Shown here one piece after another: positions 1-7,993 of a stretch of DNA of 42,066 nt. How positions within the stretch are numbered: position 1 is the first letter of the stretch; each line of letters opens with the position of its first letter. Under the pieces are notes generated by a model, which saw nothing but the letters and a program-made list of their open reading frames with translations, was not told the origin of the DNA and searched no databases. Location of the stretch: positions 1-42,066 of the forward strand of contig JAMPXZ010000003.1 of the NCBI GenBank assembly GCA_023700925.1. Direction: 5' to 3'. The DNA is from Oligoflexia bacterium. Lineage in GTDB: Bacteria; Bdellovibrionota; UBA1018. Both the position numbers and the translations under genes were made by a program.

Positions 1-2
1 CG

Positions 3-782
3 GTTCGCGCCCGGGTCATCGTCAAGTCCGAGGGCGTCTGGGCTGCCGACGGACTGCTTCAGGCGTTGGCTCGTCATCCCCTGGCCGAGCTCAATGATCA
101 GCGGATCACGGTCCGCTCCCGCGTCAAGGACGGGCAGCAGGTGAAACCGGGACAGGCAATTTGCGAATGGCTCGGGCCCGCCCAGGCCATCCTGGCTTTC
201 GAGCGTCCCTTCCTGAATCTCGCCTCCTATGCCGGCGGGATCGCGACGCTTACGCGCCGGTTCGTCGAGCTAGTGCGCGAGGCCTGTCCGGAACGCACTC
301 CGCGCGTGACCTCGACTCGCAAGACCCTGCCGGGGTATCGCGATATCGCGATTCGCGCGGTGCAGGCGGGCGGAGGGTTCAGCCATCGCATCAGCTTGTC
401 CGGCGGCGTCCTCATCAAGGAAAACCATATCGCCGCGGCCGGCGGGATCGCGCGGGCCATCGAGGGCGCGCGAGCGGTGGCGCCCCATGGCCTCAAAGTC
501 GAAATCGAGGTGCGCGACGAAAAAGAGCTCTCCCAGGCGCTCAAGGCCGGCGCCGATATCGTGATGCTCGACAACTTCACTCCCGAGGAGGTTCGCGCGG
601 CGCTTCGCCTCGTACAGCGATCCTCGCGCCCGCCTCTCATCGAGGTTTCCGGCGGTCTGACTCTTGAGACGATCGCCCGCTACGCGATCCCGGGCGTGGA
701 TGTCCTGTCCGTGGGCTCGCTCACGCACTCGGCGAAGGCGCTCGACCTGTCGCTTCTCCTCGGCAGCGCGCTGAAGGGCTAG
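3..782 (+). CDS. nadC: Nicotinate-nucleotide pyrophosphorylase (quinolinate phosphoribosyltransferase), 5'-truncated by the window
   Basis: Motifs TRKTLPG, HR, LIKENHI, EIEV, IVMLDNF, IEVSGG, SVGSLTH. The frame stays open from base 3 (VRARVIVKSEGVW...), so the true start is upstream of the window. Confidence 0.95.
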   Translation, partial: VRARVIVKSEGVWAADGLLQALARHPLAELNDQRITVRSRVKDGQQVKPGQAICEWLGPAQAILAFERPFLNLASYAGGIATLTRRFVELVREACPERTPRVTSTRKTLPGYRDIAIRAVQAGGGFSHRISLSGGVLIKENHIAAAGGIARAIEGARAVAPHGLKVEIEVRDEKELSQALKAGADIVMLDNFTPEEVRAALRLVQRSSRPPLIEVSGGLTLETIARYAIPGVDVLSVGSLTHSAKALDLSLLLGSALKG

Positions 783-786
783 CAGG

Positions 787-1575
787 GTGATGCGCGCGCC
801 CGGCCCGAACGTCGTCGTTGAGGCCTGCGGATCGACGAATGATCTGGCGCGCGAGCTGGGCCTGGGCGGGCACCCGCACGGAACCTGGGTCTCCGCGCGG
901 CGTCAGAGCGAGGGACGCGGACGCCTCGGGCGCGCCTGGGAATCGCACGAAGGCAATCTGTTTCTTTCCCTGGTGTTCCGTTCGAGCGAGAGGCGCCACT
1001 GGAGCTGGATCCCGCTCGCCGCCGCCGTCGGAGTCGCCGAGACGCTGGAGGCCATCGATCCCCGATATTCCGCGCGGGTAAAATGGCCGAACGATCTTTG
1101 CTTTTTCGCCGGCACCGGGCTCGCAAAGCTGGGAGGAATTCTCTGCGAGGCGGTCGGCACCGGTGAGCGCGCCTTTGTCATCGTCGGCATCGGTCTCAAC
1201 TGCGTGAGCGCTCCGAAAGGACTGAGTGTGCCAGCCGTGTCGCTGACGGAGCTGCGACTCGCGGGGAGTGCGGCCGCCGGAGCGGTGCTGGCGGACGAGG
1301 TGAGGGGACCGCTGGTCGAGGGTCTTCATCGTGTTTTCGCCGAGCTCATCGCGCGGGGTCCGGCTGGGATCCGGGCCCGTTACGAGCGCCGGGCGATCTT
1401 CGTAGCTGGCACCGAGATCGAGTGGGGGGAGTCCGCACAGGCCGGGATCGTGAAAGGGCTCGGCGAGGCGGGCGAGCTGCTCGTCGAGGTTCCGCAGCGC
1501 GCGGGTGAGCTCGTCAGGCTTTTTTCCGAGGAAATCAGGGCCGTTCGGAGAGCATCCGGCGGATCTCTTCCTTGA
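787..1575 (+). CDS. birA: Biotin--[acetyl-CoA-carboxylase] ligase (no N-terminal HTH)
   Basis: STND, Q-x-x-GRGRLGRAW, VKWPND, KLGGIL, VGIGLN motifs; 4 bp after nadC. Confidence 0.93.
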   Translation: MMRAPGPNVVVEACGSTNDLARELGLGGHPHGTWVSARRQSEGRGRLGRAWESHEGNLFLSLVFRSSERRHWSWIPLAAAVGVAETLEAIDPRYSARVKWPNDLCFFAGTGLAKLGGILCEAVGTGERAFVIVGIGLNCVSAPKGLSVPAVSLTELRLAGSAAAGAVLADEVRGPLVEGLHRVFAELIARGPAGIRARYERRAIFVAGTEIEWGESAQAGIVKGLGEAGELLVEVPQRAGELVRLFSEEIRAVRRASGGSLP

Positions 1576-2479
1576 GCAGCTTTTCGGCGAGCTCGGGAAG
1601 CATCTTCTGAATCTCGTTGCGGACCATCGCTTCGATGTCCTGGTTCGCGGGCGGCGCGGCGGGGCGGAGCGGAGTCGTGGCCGCTCTCATCGGGGGCGGC
1701 GCCGGAGCGATCGGAGGCGGCAGCTCGGCCGGCTCTTCAGGAGCTGCGTGATAAGCAGCCGCGGCGGGAGTGGGATTCTCGAGGGAGAAGTTCGAGGTGT
1801 CGGGCGTGAGCATCGCCGGAGGCGGCTTGAGCGATGGCTCCTGGACGCTCCATTCGAAGTCATCCAGGCCGGACATCCGGATCGTCGATTCGGTGAGCTG
1901 GCGAATGTCCGAATCGGGCGAGGTCTGCACCACGGGATCGTCCACGGAGGTGGGAGGCGTGAACGCGGGCTCGGCGAGCATATGATCGTCCGCCGCGGAA
2001 AAGACCGTCGCCGAAATTTTCGGTTCCTTGGTCGGCGCGGACGAGAGGAAATTCGGGCGGCTGATCGGCGCCGTGCGTTCACTCTTGAGCGCCTGCTGCT
2101 GTGACTCGATCTGGGAGAAGACCTTCGTCAGGACGTCGCGAAGATGCGCGGGATCGAAAGGCTTCGTAAGGCGGCCGTGAAACTCGACCTCCGTGACCTG
2201 GTCTTCATCGACCTTTTCGAACGCGCTGGACATGAGCACGAAGCGAACGTCCTGAAGATCGGGATGGTCGTTGGCTTCGCGTTTCAGCTCGAAAGCGGTT
2301 TTGCCGGGAAGGGAGACATCCACGAGAACAACATCCGGCTGAAAAAGCAGGATTTGCTGTATGGCGTCATTGCCGTCGGAGACCGCCTGAATCTCGTAGC
2401 CCTCGTTGGAGAGCGCGAGTCGAATAACTTTCTGGATAGTCAGGCTATCGTCCGCTACCAGGAGCTTTTTGCCAGCCAT
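1535..2479 (-). CDS. romR: RomR-like polarity response regulator (receiver, Pro-rich linker, acidic C-terminal helix)
   Basis: LLVADDSLTIQKVI receiver start, VDVSLPG phospho-Asp, TKPFD, long Pro/Ala linker and C-terminal PELAEKLLKEEIRR. Same architecture as myxobacterial and Bdellovibrio RomR. Confidence 0.8.
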   Translation of the reverse strand: MAGKKLLVADDSLTIQKVIRLALSNEGYEIQAVSDGNDAIQQILLFQPDVVLVDVSLPGKTAFELKREANDHPDLQDVRFVLMSSAFEKVDEDQVTEVEFHGRLTKPFDPAHLRDVLTKVFSQIESQQQALKSERTAPISRPNFLSSAPTKEPKISATVFSAADDHMLAEPAFTPPTSVDDPVVQTSPDSDIRQLTESTIRMSGLDDFEWSVQEPSLKPPPAMLTPDTSNFSLENPTPAAAAYHAAPEEPAELPPPIAPAPPPMRAATTPLRPAAPPANQDIEAMVRNEIQKMLPELAEKLLKEEIRRMLSERP

Positions 2480-2629
2480 AAGATAAAGTCAAGTGTGTCA
2501 TTTCCTTCTCGGCCTGTAAAGCTGGTGTGCAAAACACCGGTAATTTTTATGTCCATAAATCGAGATCTTGCGTGGCCGAGGATTTTGCGCGCCGGACCGA
2601 TGAGAGCCATTGCCGGCTGCGAGGATTTT

Positions 2630-2659
2630 TTCCATCGAGTTCGTGAATTCGGGTATACT
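2630..2659 (+). promoter_or_regulatory. Putative sigma70 promoter of the 6S RNA
   Basis: TTCCAT-N18-TATACT ending 6 nt before the first base of the 6S closing stem. Confidence 0.55.
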
Positions 2660-2665
2660 GAAAAT

Positions 2666-2828
2666 GCCTCAAGGGTCGGTGAAAATATAGTTGGACCCTA
2701 CAGTCAATGGCCCAGGGGGCTGTCCCTGGCGGTGGTGAGCATGCCTGGCTCGACCAGGAAGCCTAAAGCCGCTATACGGCGCCCACTTCAGATTCTGGGT
2801 TCCAATTGACATCACCGATTCTTGAGGC
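2666..2828 (+). ncRNA. ssrS: 6S RNA
   Basis: Long rod: GCCTCAAG/CTTGAGGC, GTCGGTGA/TCACCGAT and TTGGACCC/GGGTTCCAA pair around a central bubble. Internal GGTGAGCATGCC..GGAAGCCTAAAG..CCCACTT..GGTTC resembles deltaproteobacterial 6S RNAs. Preceded by TATACT, followed by a T run. Confidence 0.85.
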
Positions 2829-2863
2829 TTTTTTGCGCCCGCCATTCGAGCGGGCAGGAGGCC

Positions 2864-2888
2864 GAAAAAAGGCGCGAAGCGCCTTTTC
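2864..2888. terminator. Hairpin with A/T flanks (possible bidirectional terminator)
   Basis: AAAAGGCGC-GAA-GCGCCTTTT downstream of the 6S RNA. Confidence 0.45.
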
Positions 2889-2952
2889 GCCCGGCAGGAC
2901 AGGATGTCCGGCGCCGCTCCCCCTCTGAAGAAGTCCCGGCCAGTCTTCAAAT

Positions 2953-2982
2953 TTGACAATGGCGCTCGGATAGAAATAAACT
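2953..2982 (+). promoter_or_regulatory. Putative sigma70 promoter
   Basis: TTGACA-N18-TAAACT about 75 nt upstream of the 3058 ORF. Confidence 0.45.
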
Positions 2983-3057
2983 CTCAGCAGAGCGCGGGGT
3001 TGGGGCAAGTCCGCGCTGAAAGTGGGGTCGCGCGCTCGCGCGATGAAAAGGGGCAGT

Positions 3058-3708
3058 ATGGGGACTTTCAAGGATTTGATGCCGGCGCAAAACGGTTGGA
3101 TTCATGAGCTCGCCAGAGCGGAGATTCATCCGGAGGCGGAAAAGCTCCTGCAGCTGGGGCGGAGTTGGGATCCGCAGCAGCTTGTCGAGGAGAGCACCAT
3201 CGAGTTCCTGACGGAGCTTCGCGAGCAGTTCACGGAGTTCGCCCGCGTGTTCAACGGCTACGCTGAAAGCGGGACGCGCTTCCAGGAAGTCAAAGTCTAC
3301 AGCGTCGCGCAGACCGCGGCCGACTTCATGGTGTTTCGCAACCAGATCAAGCTCCTGGTGGCGAATACGGCGCACGGGGTGATCCAGATCTCTTTCGCGC
3401 AGCATGTGCGCGGCGCACTGGCGGTGGACGGCCAGATTCACGGCTACGGGCCGGTGCAGGGCCAGGTCGGCAGCCAGCCGGGCGCGCCGGCCGTGACGCA
3501 GTCGCAGGACCTGCTCGCGCAGGTCGGGCCGTTCCGCGACATCTTCTGGACGTTCCAGGGCGAAAAGGTGAAAGCCGAGCAGGTGGCGAAGTACTATTTC
3601 GCTGAGTTCGCGCGTCTTACCCGCGACACCCGCCGCTCAAAGGCGGGGAACCAGATTCTTCTCGATCAGATCAAAGCTCTCCTCCAGGAGAAGGGGCTTG
3701 ATCTTTAG
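3058..3708 (+). CDS. Hypothetical cytoplasmic protein
   Basis: Globular-looking sequence with host GC3-rich codons. Start uncertain (3043, 3058 or 3079). Confidence 0.8.
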   Translation: MGTFKDLMPAQNGWIHELARAEIHPEAEKLLQLGRSWDPQQLVEESTIEFLTELREQFTEFARVFNGYAESGTRFQEVKVYSVAQTAADFMVFRNQIKLLVANTAHGVIQISFAQHVRGALAVDGQIHGYGPVQGQVGSQPGAPAVTQSQDLLAQVGPFRDIFWTFQGEKVKAEQVAKYYFAEFARLTRDTRRSKAGNQILLDQIKALLQEKGLDL

Positions 3709-4548
3709 CATTCCGTAGCTCTGCGTGGAGTTGAGCGAGTAGTCGAGCTGGGGCAGCTCGTAGTTCGAGGCGGTGCCGCTGGTGAGCCGTTTCGCGGTGA
3801 TGAGTTCGGCCGGGTAGCCGAACCGCCGGGCGAAGAGCCGTGCCCACTCGTAGAGCGTCACCTTGGTCAGTCCGCCGTAGTGCAGGGTCTTGTTGCGGAT
3901 GCCGCTATCGAGAACGCGATCGATGACTTCGGCGAGGCCCTCGATCGGGGCGAAGGAATGCAGCTCGCTGTCGGAAGCCTCGATCCGCTCGCCGCGCGCC
4001 AGTTTCATGCGGAGGCGGTCGAGGAATGTGCGGCTGATGCCGTTGCCGCGCCCGAAGATGGGGCTGGAACGGATGATGACGTAGTTCAACGACTTGCCGC
4101 GGATGAAATTCTCGCCGCCCACCTTGGCTTTGCCAAGCGCGGTTGCGGGCAAGACGGTGTCGCCTTCATGGTAGTTGCCCCGGTTCCCGTCGAAGGTATA
4201 GCAGTTCGACAGGTACACGAACTTGGGCTGGAAGATCTCCGCGACGTTCGAGATCGAGGCCGCGCCCGAGGTGTGAGCCAGCTCCGACTCACGCGCATTC
4301 GCTTCGACCCAGTCGACGTCGTTCGATCCCGCGGCATAGATCACCGCCTCCGGGCGGATGGTGTAGACCATCCGCTTGATGAGGTTCCGGTTACCCAAAT
4401 TCATCGGGAGCAAGGTCACGCCCGGAATCCGCACGGGATGGTTACAGTAGGTCCCGAAGACCTTGTACCGGTCCCGCAGCCGGAGCGCGAGATGCGTACC
4501 GACGAAGCCGCTGCCGCCAACGATGAAGACAGCCTTGGTTTTAGTCAC
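3637..4548 (-). CDS. RmlD-like extended SDR (dTDP-4-dehydrorhamnose reductase family), atypical catalytic residues
   Basis: GGSGFVG Rossmann motif, NDVDWVE, YLSNCYTFDG, Y-x-E-x-D, LGKAKVGGE. Confidence 0.8.
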   Translation of the reverse strand: MTKTKAVFIVGGSGFVGTHLALRLRDRYKVFGTYCNHPVRIPGVTLLPMNLGNRNLIKRMVYTIRPEAVIYAAGSNDVDWVEANARESELAHTSGAASISNVAEIFQPKFVYLSNCYTFDGNRGNYHEGDTVLPATALGKAKVGGENFIRGKSLNYVIIRSSPIFGRGNGISRTFLDRLRMKLARGERIEASDSELHSFAPIEGLAEVIDRVLDSGIRNKTLHYGGLTKVTLYEWARLFARRFGYPAELITAKRLTSGTASNYELPQLDYSLNSTQSYGMLKIKPLLLEESFDLIEKNLVPRL

Positions 4549-4590
4549 TCCCTAAGAGTGTAGCTCAGGTCCTCCCTGTGGGAAACCGCT

Positions 4591-5424
4591 TTAGCCCAGC
4601 AGCTTGAGAGTCGCCTGATTGGTCGAGTTGGCCTGGCTCAGCACCGAGATACCCGCCTGCATCAGGATGTTGTTCTTGGTCATCTCCGAGACCTCGTTGG
4701 CGAAGTCAGCGTCGCGGATGCGGCTGTTCGCGGCCGAAAGGTTCTCGTCGCTGATCGAGAGGTTGTTCACCGTCGACTGGAGCCGGTTCTGCATGGCGCC
4801 CAGATCGGCGCGGATGCTGTTGACCCGGATCAGGGCGTCGTCGATAACCGAGAGGCTGAGCTGCGAGCCTTGCTTGGTGGCCACGCTTTCGCCGCCGAGC
4901 TTGAGGGCGTCGAGCGTCGCATCCGACCTTTCGCCGTTGTAGACGACGCGGTCGAGGATCGGATTGTTCTGGATGCCGACCTGGATCTCGAAGATCCCGG
5001 CCTTGCCGTTCAAGAGAGGGGTCCCGTTGAACGCGGTCACGTTCGCGATCCGGTCGATTTCCTGCTTGAGCGACTGGAACTCACGGTCCGTGAACTGGCG
5101 TTCGGTGTCCCCGATCGTGTCCGACGCGGCCTGGATCGCCAGCTCGCGCAGGCGGACCAGGATGTTTGAAATCTCATTCAGGCCACCTTCGGAAACCTGG
5201 ATCAGCGACATGCCGTCCGAGGCGTTCCGTTTCGCCTGTCTGATCCCGCGGACCGAAGCCCGAAGGTTCTCGGAAATCGCCAAGCCCGCGGCGTCGTCGC
5301 CCGCGTGATTGATCCGGCTGCCGCTGGCGAGTTTTTCCAGCGTGCGGTCGAGATTCTCCCGAGTGTTGGTCATCTGTCTTTGCGCGTTCAGCGCAGTCGT
5401 ATTGGTCGCGATTCGCAAACCCAT
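4591..5424 (-). CDS. fliC: Flagellin (277 aa, D0/D1 only)
   Basis: MGLRIATN, LASGSRINHAGDDAAGLAIS, RADLGAMQNRL, SRIRDADFA, SVLSQAN. Confidence 0.97.
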   Translation of the reverse strand: MGLRIATNTTALNAQRQMTNTRENLDRTLEKLASGSRINHAGDDAAGLAISENLRASVRGIRQAKRNASDGMSLIQVSEGGLNEISNILVRLRELAIQAASDTIGDTERQFTDREFQSLKQEIDRIANVTAFNGTPLLNGKAGIFEIQVGIQNNPILDRVVYNGERSDATLDALKLGGESVATKQGSQLSLSVIDDALIRVNSIRADLGAMQNRLQSTVNNLSISDENLSAANSRIRDADFANEVSEMTKNNILMQAGISVLSQANSTNQATLKLLG

Positions 5425-5498
5425 ACTAGCCTCCGTTCATAAGTACCATCCTCCGTGCGGCTCATCCCTTTCCCTAGGGATGACGAGCGTCCTTGCTC
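5425..5498 (-). promoter_or_regulatory. Flagellin leader copy 1 with four ANGGA (CsrA-type) sites
   Basis: Minus strand: GAGC-AAGGAC-GCTC and TCATCCCT-AGGGAA-AGGGATGA hairpins, then ACGGA twice, the last overlapping the SD. Confidence 0.7.
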
Positions 5499-5587
5499 TT
5501 GTGTTGTTCGGGCGGGCGCGAGGCCCGCCTCCTACCTTCCCGCGCGGGACCATCCCGCGGGGGAAACCTGTGTCAGTTCTTTCTCCG

Positions 5588-6421
5588 TCAGCCCAGCAGC
5601 TTCAACGCCGCCGAGTTCGTGTTGTTCGCCTGGCTCAGGACCGAGATACCGGCCTGCATCAGGATGTTGTTCTTGGTCATCTCCGAGACCTCCTCGGCCA
5701 TATCCGTATCCCGGATGCGGCTGTTCGCGGAGGAGAGGTTCTCGTCGCTGATCGAGAGGTTGTTCACCGTCGACTGGAGCCGGTTCTGCATGGCGCCCAG
5801 ATCGGCGCGGATGCTGTTGACCCGGATCAGGCCGTCGTCGATCACCGAAAGGCTGAGCTGTGAGCCTTGCTTGGTGGCCACGCTTTCGCCGCCGAGCTTG
5901 AGGGCGTCGAGCGTCGCATCCGACCTTTCGCCGTTGTAGACCACGCGGTCGAGGATCGGATTGTTCTGGATGCCGACCTGGATCTCGAAGACTCCCGCTT
6001 TGCCGTTCAGGAGCGGGATGCCGTTGAACTGGGTGACGTTGGCGATCCGGTCGACTTCCTGCTTCAGCGACTGGAACTCGCGGTCAGCGAACTGTCGCTC
6101 GGTATCCCCGATCGTGTCCGATGCGGCCTGGATGGCCAGCTCGCGGAGTCGGATGAGGATGTTCGAAATCTCGTTCAGGCCGCCTTCGGAAACCTGGATC
6201 AGGGAGACCCCGTCCATCGCGTTGCGCTTGGCTTGCCTGATGCCGCGCACGGAAGCCCGAAGGTTCTCGGAGATCGCCAGTCCCGCGGCGTCGTCGCCCG
6301 CGTGATTGATCCGGCTGCCGCTGGCAAGACGTTCCAACGTCTTGTCGAGATTCTGCCGGGTCTGGGTCATCTGTCTTTGCGCGTTGAGCGCGGTGGTATT
6401 GGTTGCAATTCGCAAACCCAT
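5588..6421 (-). CDS. fliC: Flagellin (277 aa), close paralogue of 4591-5424
   Basis: Same flagellin terminal motifs; aligns without gaps to copy 1 at an offset of 997 bp. Confidence 0.97.
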   Translation of the reverse strand: MGLRIATNTTALNAQRQMTQTRQNLDKTLERLASGSRINHAGDDAAGLAISENLRASVRGIRQAKRNAMDGVSLIQVSEGGLNEISNILIRLRELAIQAASDTIGDTERQFADREFQSLKQEVDRIANVTQFNGIPLLNGKAGVFEIQVGIQNNPILDRVVYNGERSDATLDALKLGGESVATKQGSQLSLSVIDDGLIRVNSIRADLGAMQNRLQSTVNNLSISDENLSSANSRIRDTDMAEEVSEMTKNNILMQAGISVLSQANNTNSAALKLLG

Positions 6422-6495
6422 ACTAGCCTCCGTTCATAAGCGCTGTCCTCCGTGTAGCTCATCCCTTTCCATAGGGATGACGAGCATCCATGCTC
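6422..6495 (-). promoter_or_regulatory. Flagellin leader copy 2 with four ANGGA (CsrA-type) sites
   Basis: GAGCA-TGGA-TGCTC and TCATCCCT-ATGGAA-AGGGATGA hairpins, then ACGGA twice. Direct repeat of 5425-5498. Confidence 0.7.
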
Positions 6496-6900
6496 AATTT
6501 TGGTGCGTGGCGAGCTCGGCTCTCCGACGCGGTTATGTACTCCTGCTTTTCCTGCCCACGACTTGGCATCTCACACGGTCTTGCGAAGTCCCGCGAATCC
6601 CTTCGCGGGAGCCCACATCTGTCGCTCACGGGCGGTGCCTGGAGTGGGGGAGTTCCCCCTCGATCCGGCTCCTGCTTCGTGAGTCCGAAGCGGCTGGCGC
6701 GCGTTGCTCGCTCGGCGGCCGGGCCGTTTCCGCGGGATTCCCTTTTCAGGGTCGCTGGATCGGCCCGCCCGTTCCGCCGTCTTGGCGGTGCGGGGCGGGC
6801 CTCTCCGGCAATCGGCCTTGTTCAGGCCTTATCCAGGAAACAGCTCAGGCAACGTGCCTTTGCTTCGGGTCAAACTTGGTTCATTCATTCCCCCATCTCA

Positions 6901-7749
6901 TCAACCTGCTCCTTGCCCCAGGAGACCCAGGGCGGCTTTGATCGTACTGTTCGCCTGGCTGAGTACCGACACGCCAGACTGCATCAGGATCTGATTCTTC
7001 GTCAGCTCGGTGGTCTCCTCGGCGATGTCCGCGTCGCGGATGCGGCTGTTGGCGGACGCGAGGTTCTCACGGCTGATCATGATGTTGTTGATCACGGACT
7101 GAAGCCGGTTCTGCATGGCGCCGAACTCGGCTCTCACGGCGGTCACCGAGCCCAGGGCCGTATCGATCGAGGCCAGCGAGTTCTGCGCGCTGAGCTTGTC
7201 GCCGACGCTCGAAAGGTTCAGTCCCAGCGCCACCACGTTGAGGTCGGCCGAGCTCGAGTCGAAGAGGCGGATGCGGTCGACGATCGGGTTGTTGCGGGTC
7301 CCGACCTGGATCTCGAAGGCGCTCGCCTTGCCGTTGAGCAGGGGAACCCGGTTGAATTCGGTGCTTTGCGCGATCCGGTCGATCTCCTCGATCAGCTGCT
7401 GGAACTCGACGTTCATGAACTGGCGTTCCTGCGGACCGACCGTGTCGGAGGCCGCCTGCACGCCCAGCTCGCGCATCCGGATGAGGATGTTGGAAATCTC
7501 GCCCATCGCGCTCTCGGCGACCTGGACGAGCGAGACGCCGTCCTGCGCGTTGCGCTCGGCCTGGCCGAGGCCGCGGATCTGGGAGCGAAGGCTTTCGGAG
7601 ATCGCCAATCCCGCGGCGTCGTCGCCGGCATGGTTGATCCGCGATCCCGAGCTCAATCTTTCGAGGGTTCTGTCGAGGGAGGAACGGGTGCCTCGCAAGT
7701 TTCGTTGCGCGACAAGGGAGGGTACGTTCGTATTGATCCGCAGTCCCAT
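6901..7749 (-). CDS. fliC: Flagellin (282 aa), more divergent paralogue
   Basis: MGLRINTN start at 7749 after GGAGGAAGG, LSSGSRINHAGDDAAGLAIS, SRIRDADIA. Confidence 0.96.
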   Translation of the reverse strand: MGLRINTNVPSLVAQRNLRGTRSSLDRTLERLSSGSRINHAGDDAAGLAISESLRSQIRGLGQAERNAQDGVSLVQVAESAMGEISNILIRMRELGVQAASDTVGPQERQFMNVEFQQLIEEIDRIAQSTEFNRVPLLNGKASAFEIQVGTRNNPIVDRIRLFDSSSADLNVVALGLNLSSVGDKLSAQNSLASIDTALGSVTAVRAEFGAMQNRLQSVINNIMISRENLASANSRIRDADIAEETTELTKNQILMQSGVSVLSQANSTIKAALGLLGQGAG

Positions 7750-7869
7750 ACCTTCCTCCATGAAGGTGTTATGGCCAATCCTAGGCCGTATGGGGAACAG
7801 TGCCGTTTTCGGTCCGCTTCCCGGTTCACCTTCTTGGTGATCTGGGTTGCTTCACTGCTTCCAAGTAAC

Positions 7870-7896
7870 GTTTCGGCCGCGCGGAAAATACCTTGA
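7870..7896 (-). promoter_or_regulatory. sigma28 (FliA) promoter of the flagellin cluster
   Basis: TCAA-N15-GCCGAAAC versus consensus TAAA-N15-GCCGATAA, about 120 nt upstream of the first-transcribed flagellin. Confidence 0.7.
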
Positions 7897-7908
7897 GAGT
7901 TTTTTTCG

Positions 7909-7960
7909 AAAAAAATAGCGCCCCGGAACAGCCCCCCTGTTCAGGGGGCGCTCCGGGGCG
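7909..7960 (-). terminator. Rho-independent terminator after the 7994-8287 gene
   Basis: CGCCCCGGA..GCCCCCTG..CAGGGGGGC..TCCGGGGCG stem followed by CTATTTTTTT on the minus strand. Confidence 0.7.
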
Positions 7961-7993
7961 AAACTGAGCGAATTTTCGCTGGATTATGGCTTC

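Noticed and set aside
6830-6880. c-di-GMP-I riboswitch (GCAAAG seen on the minus strand)
   Set aside because: The GGCAAAC..GAAA..GACGCAAAGC arrangement and the second stem are not present.
6490-7896. Long antisense or shadow ORFs (this one, 17726-19057, 34814-36262 and many others)
   Set aside because: They mirror real genes on the other strand or frame, as expected in high-GC DNA, and give R/A/G-rich sequences without motifs.
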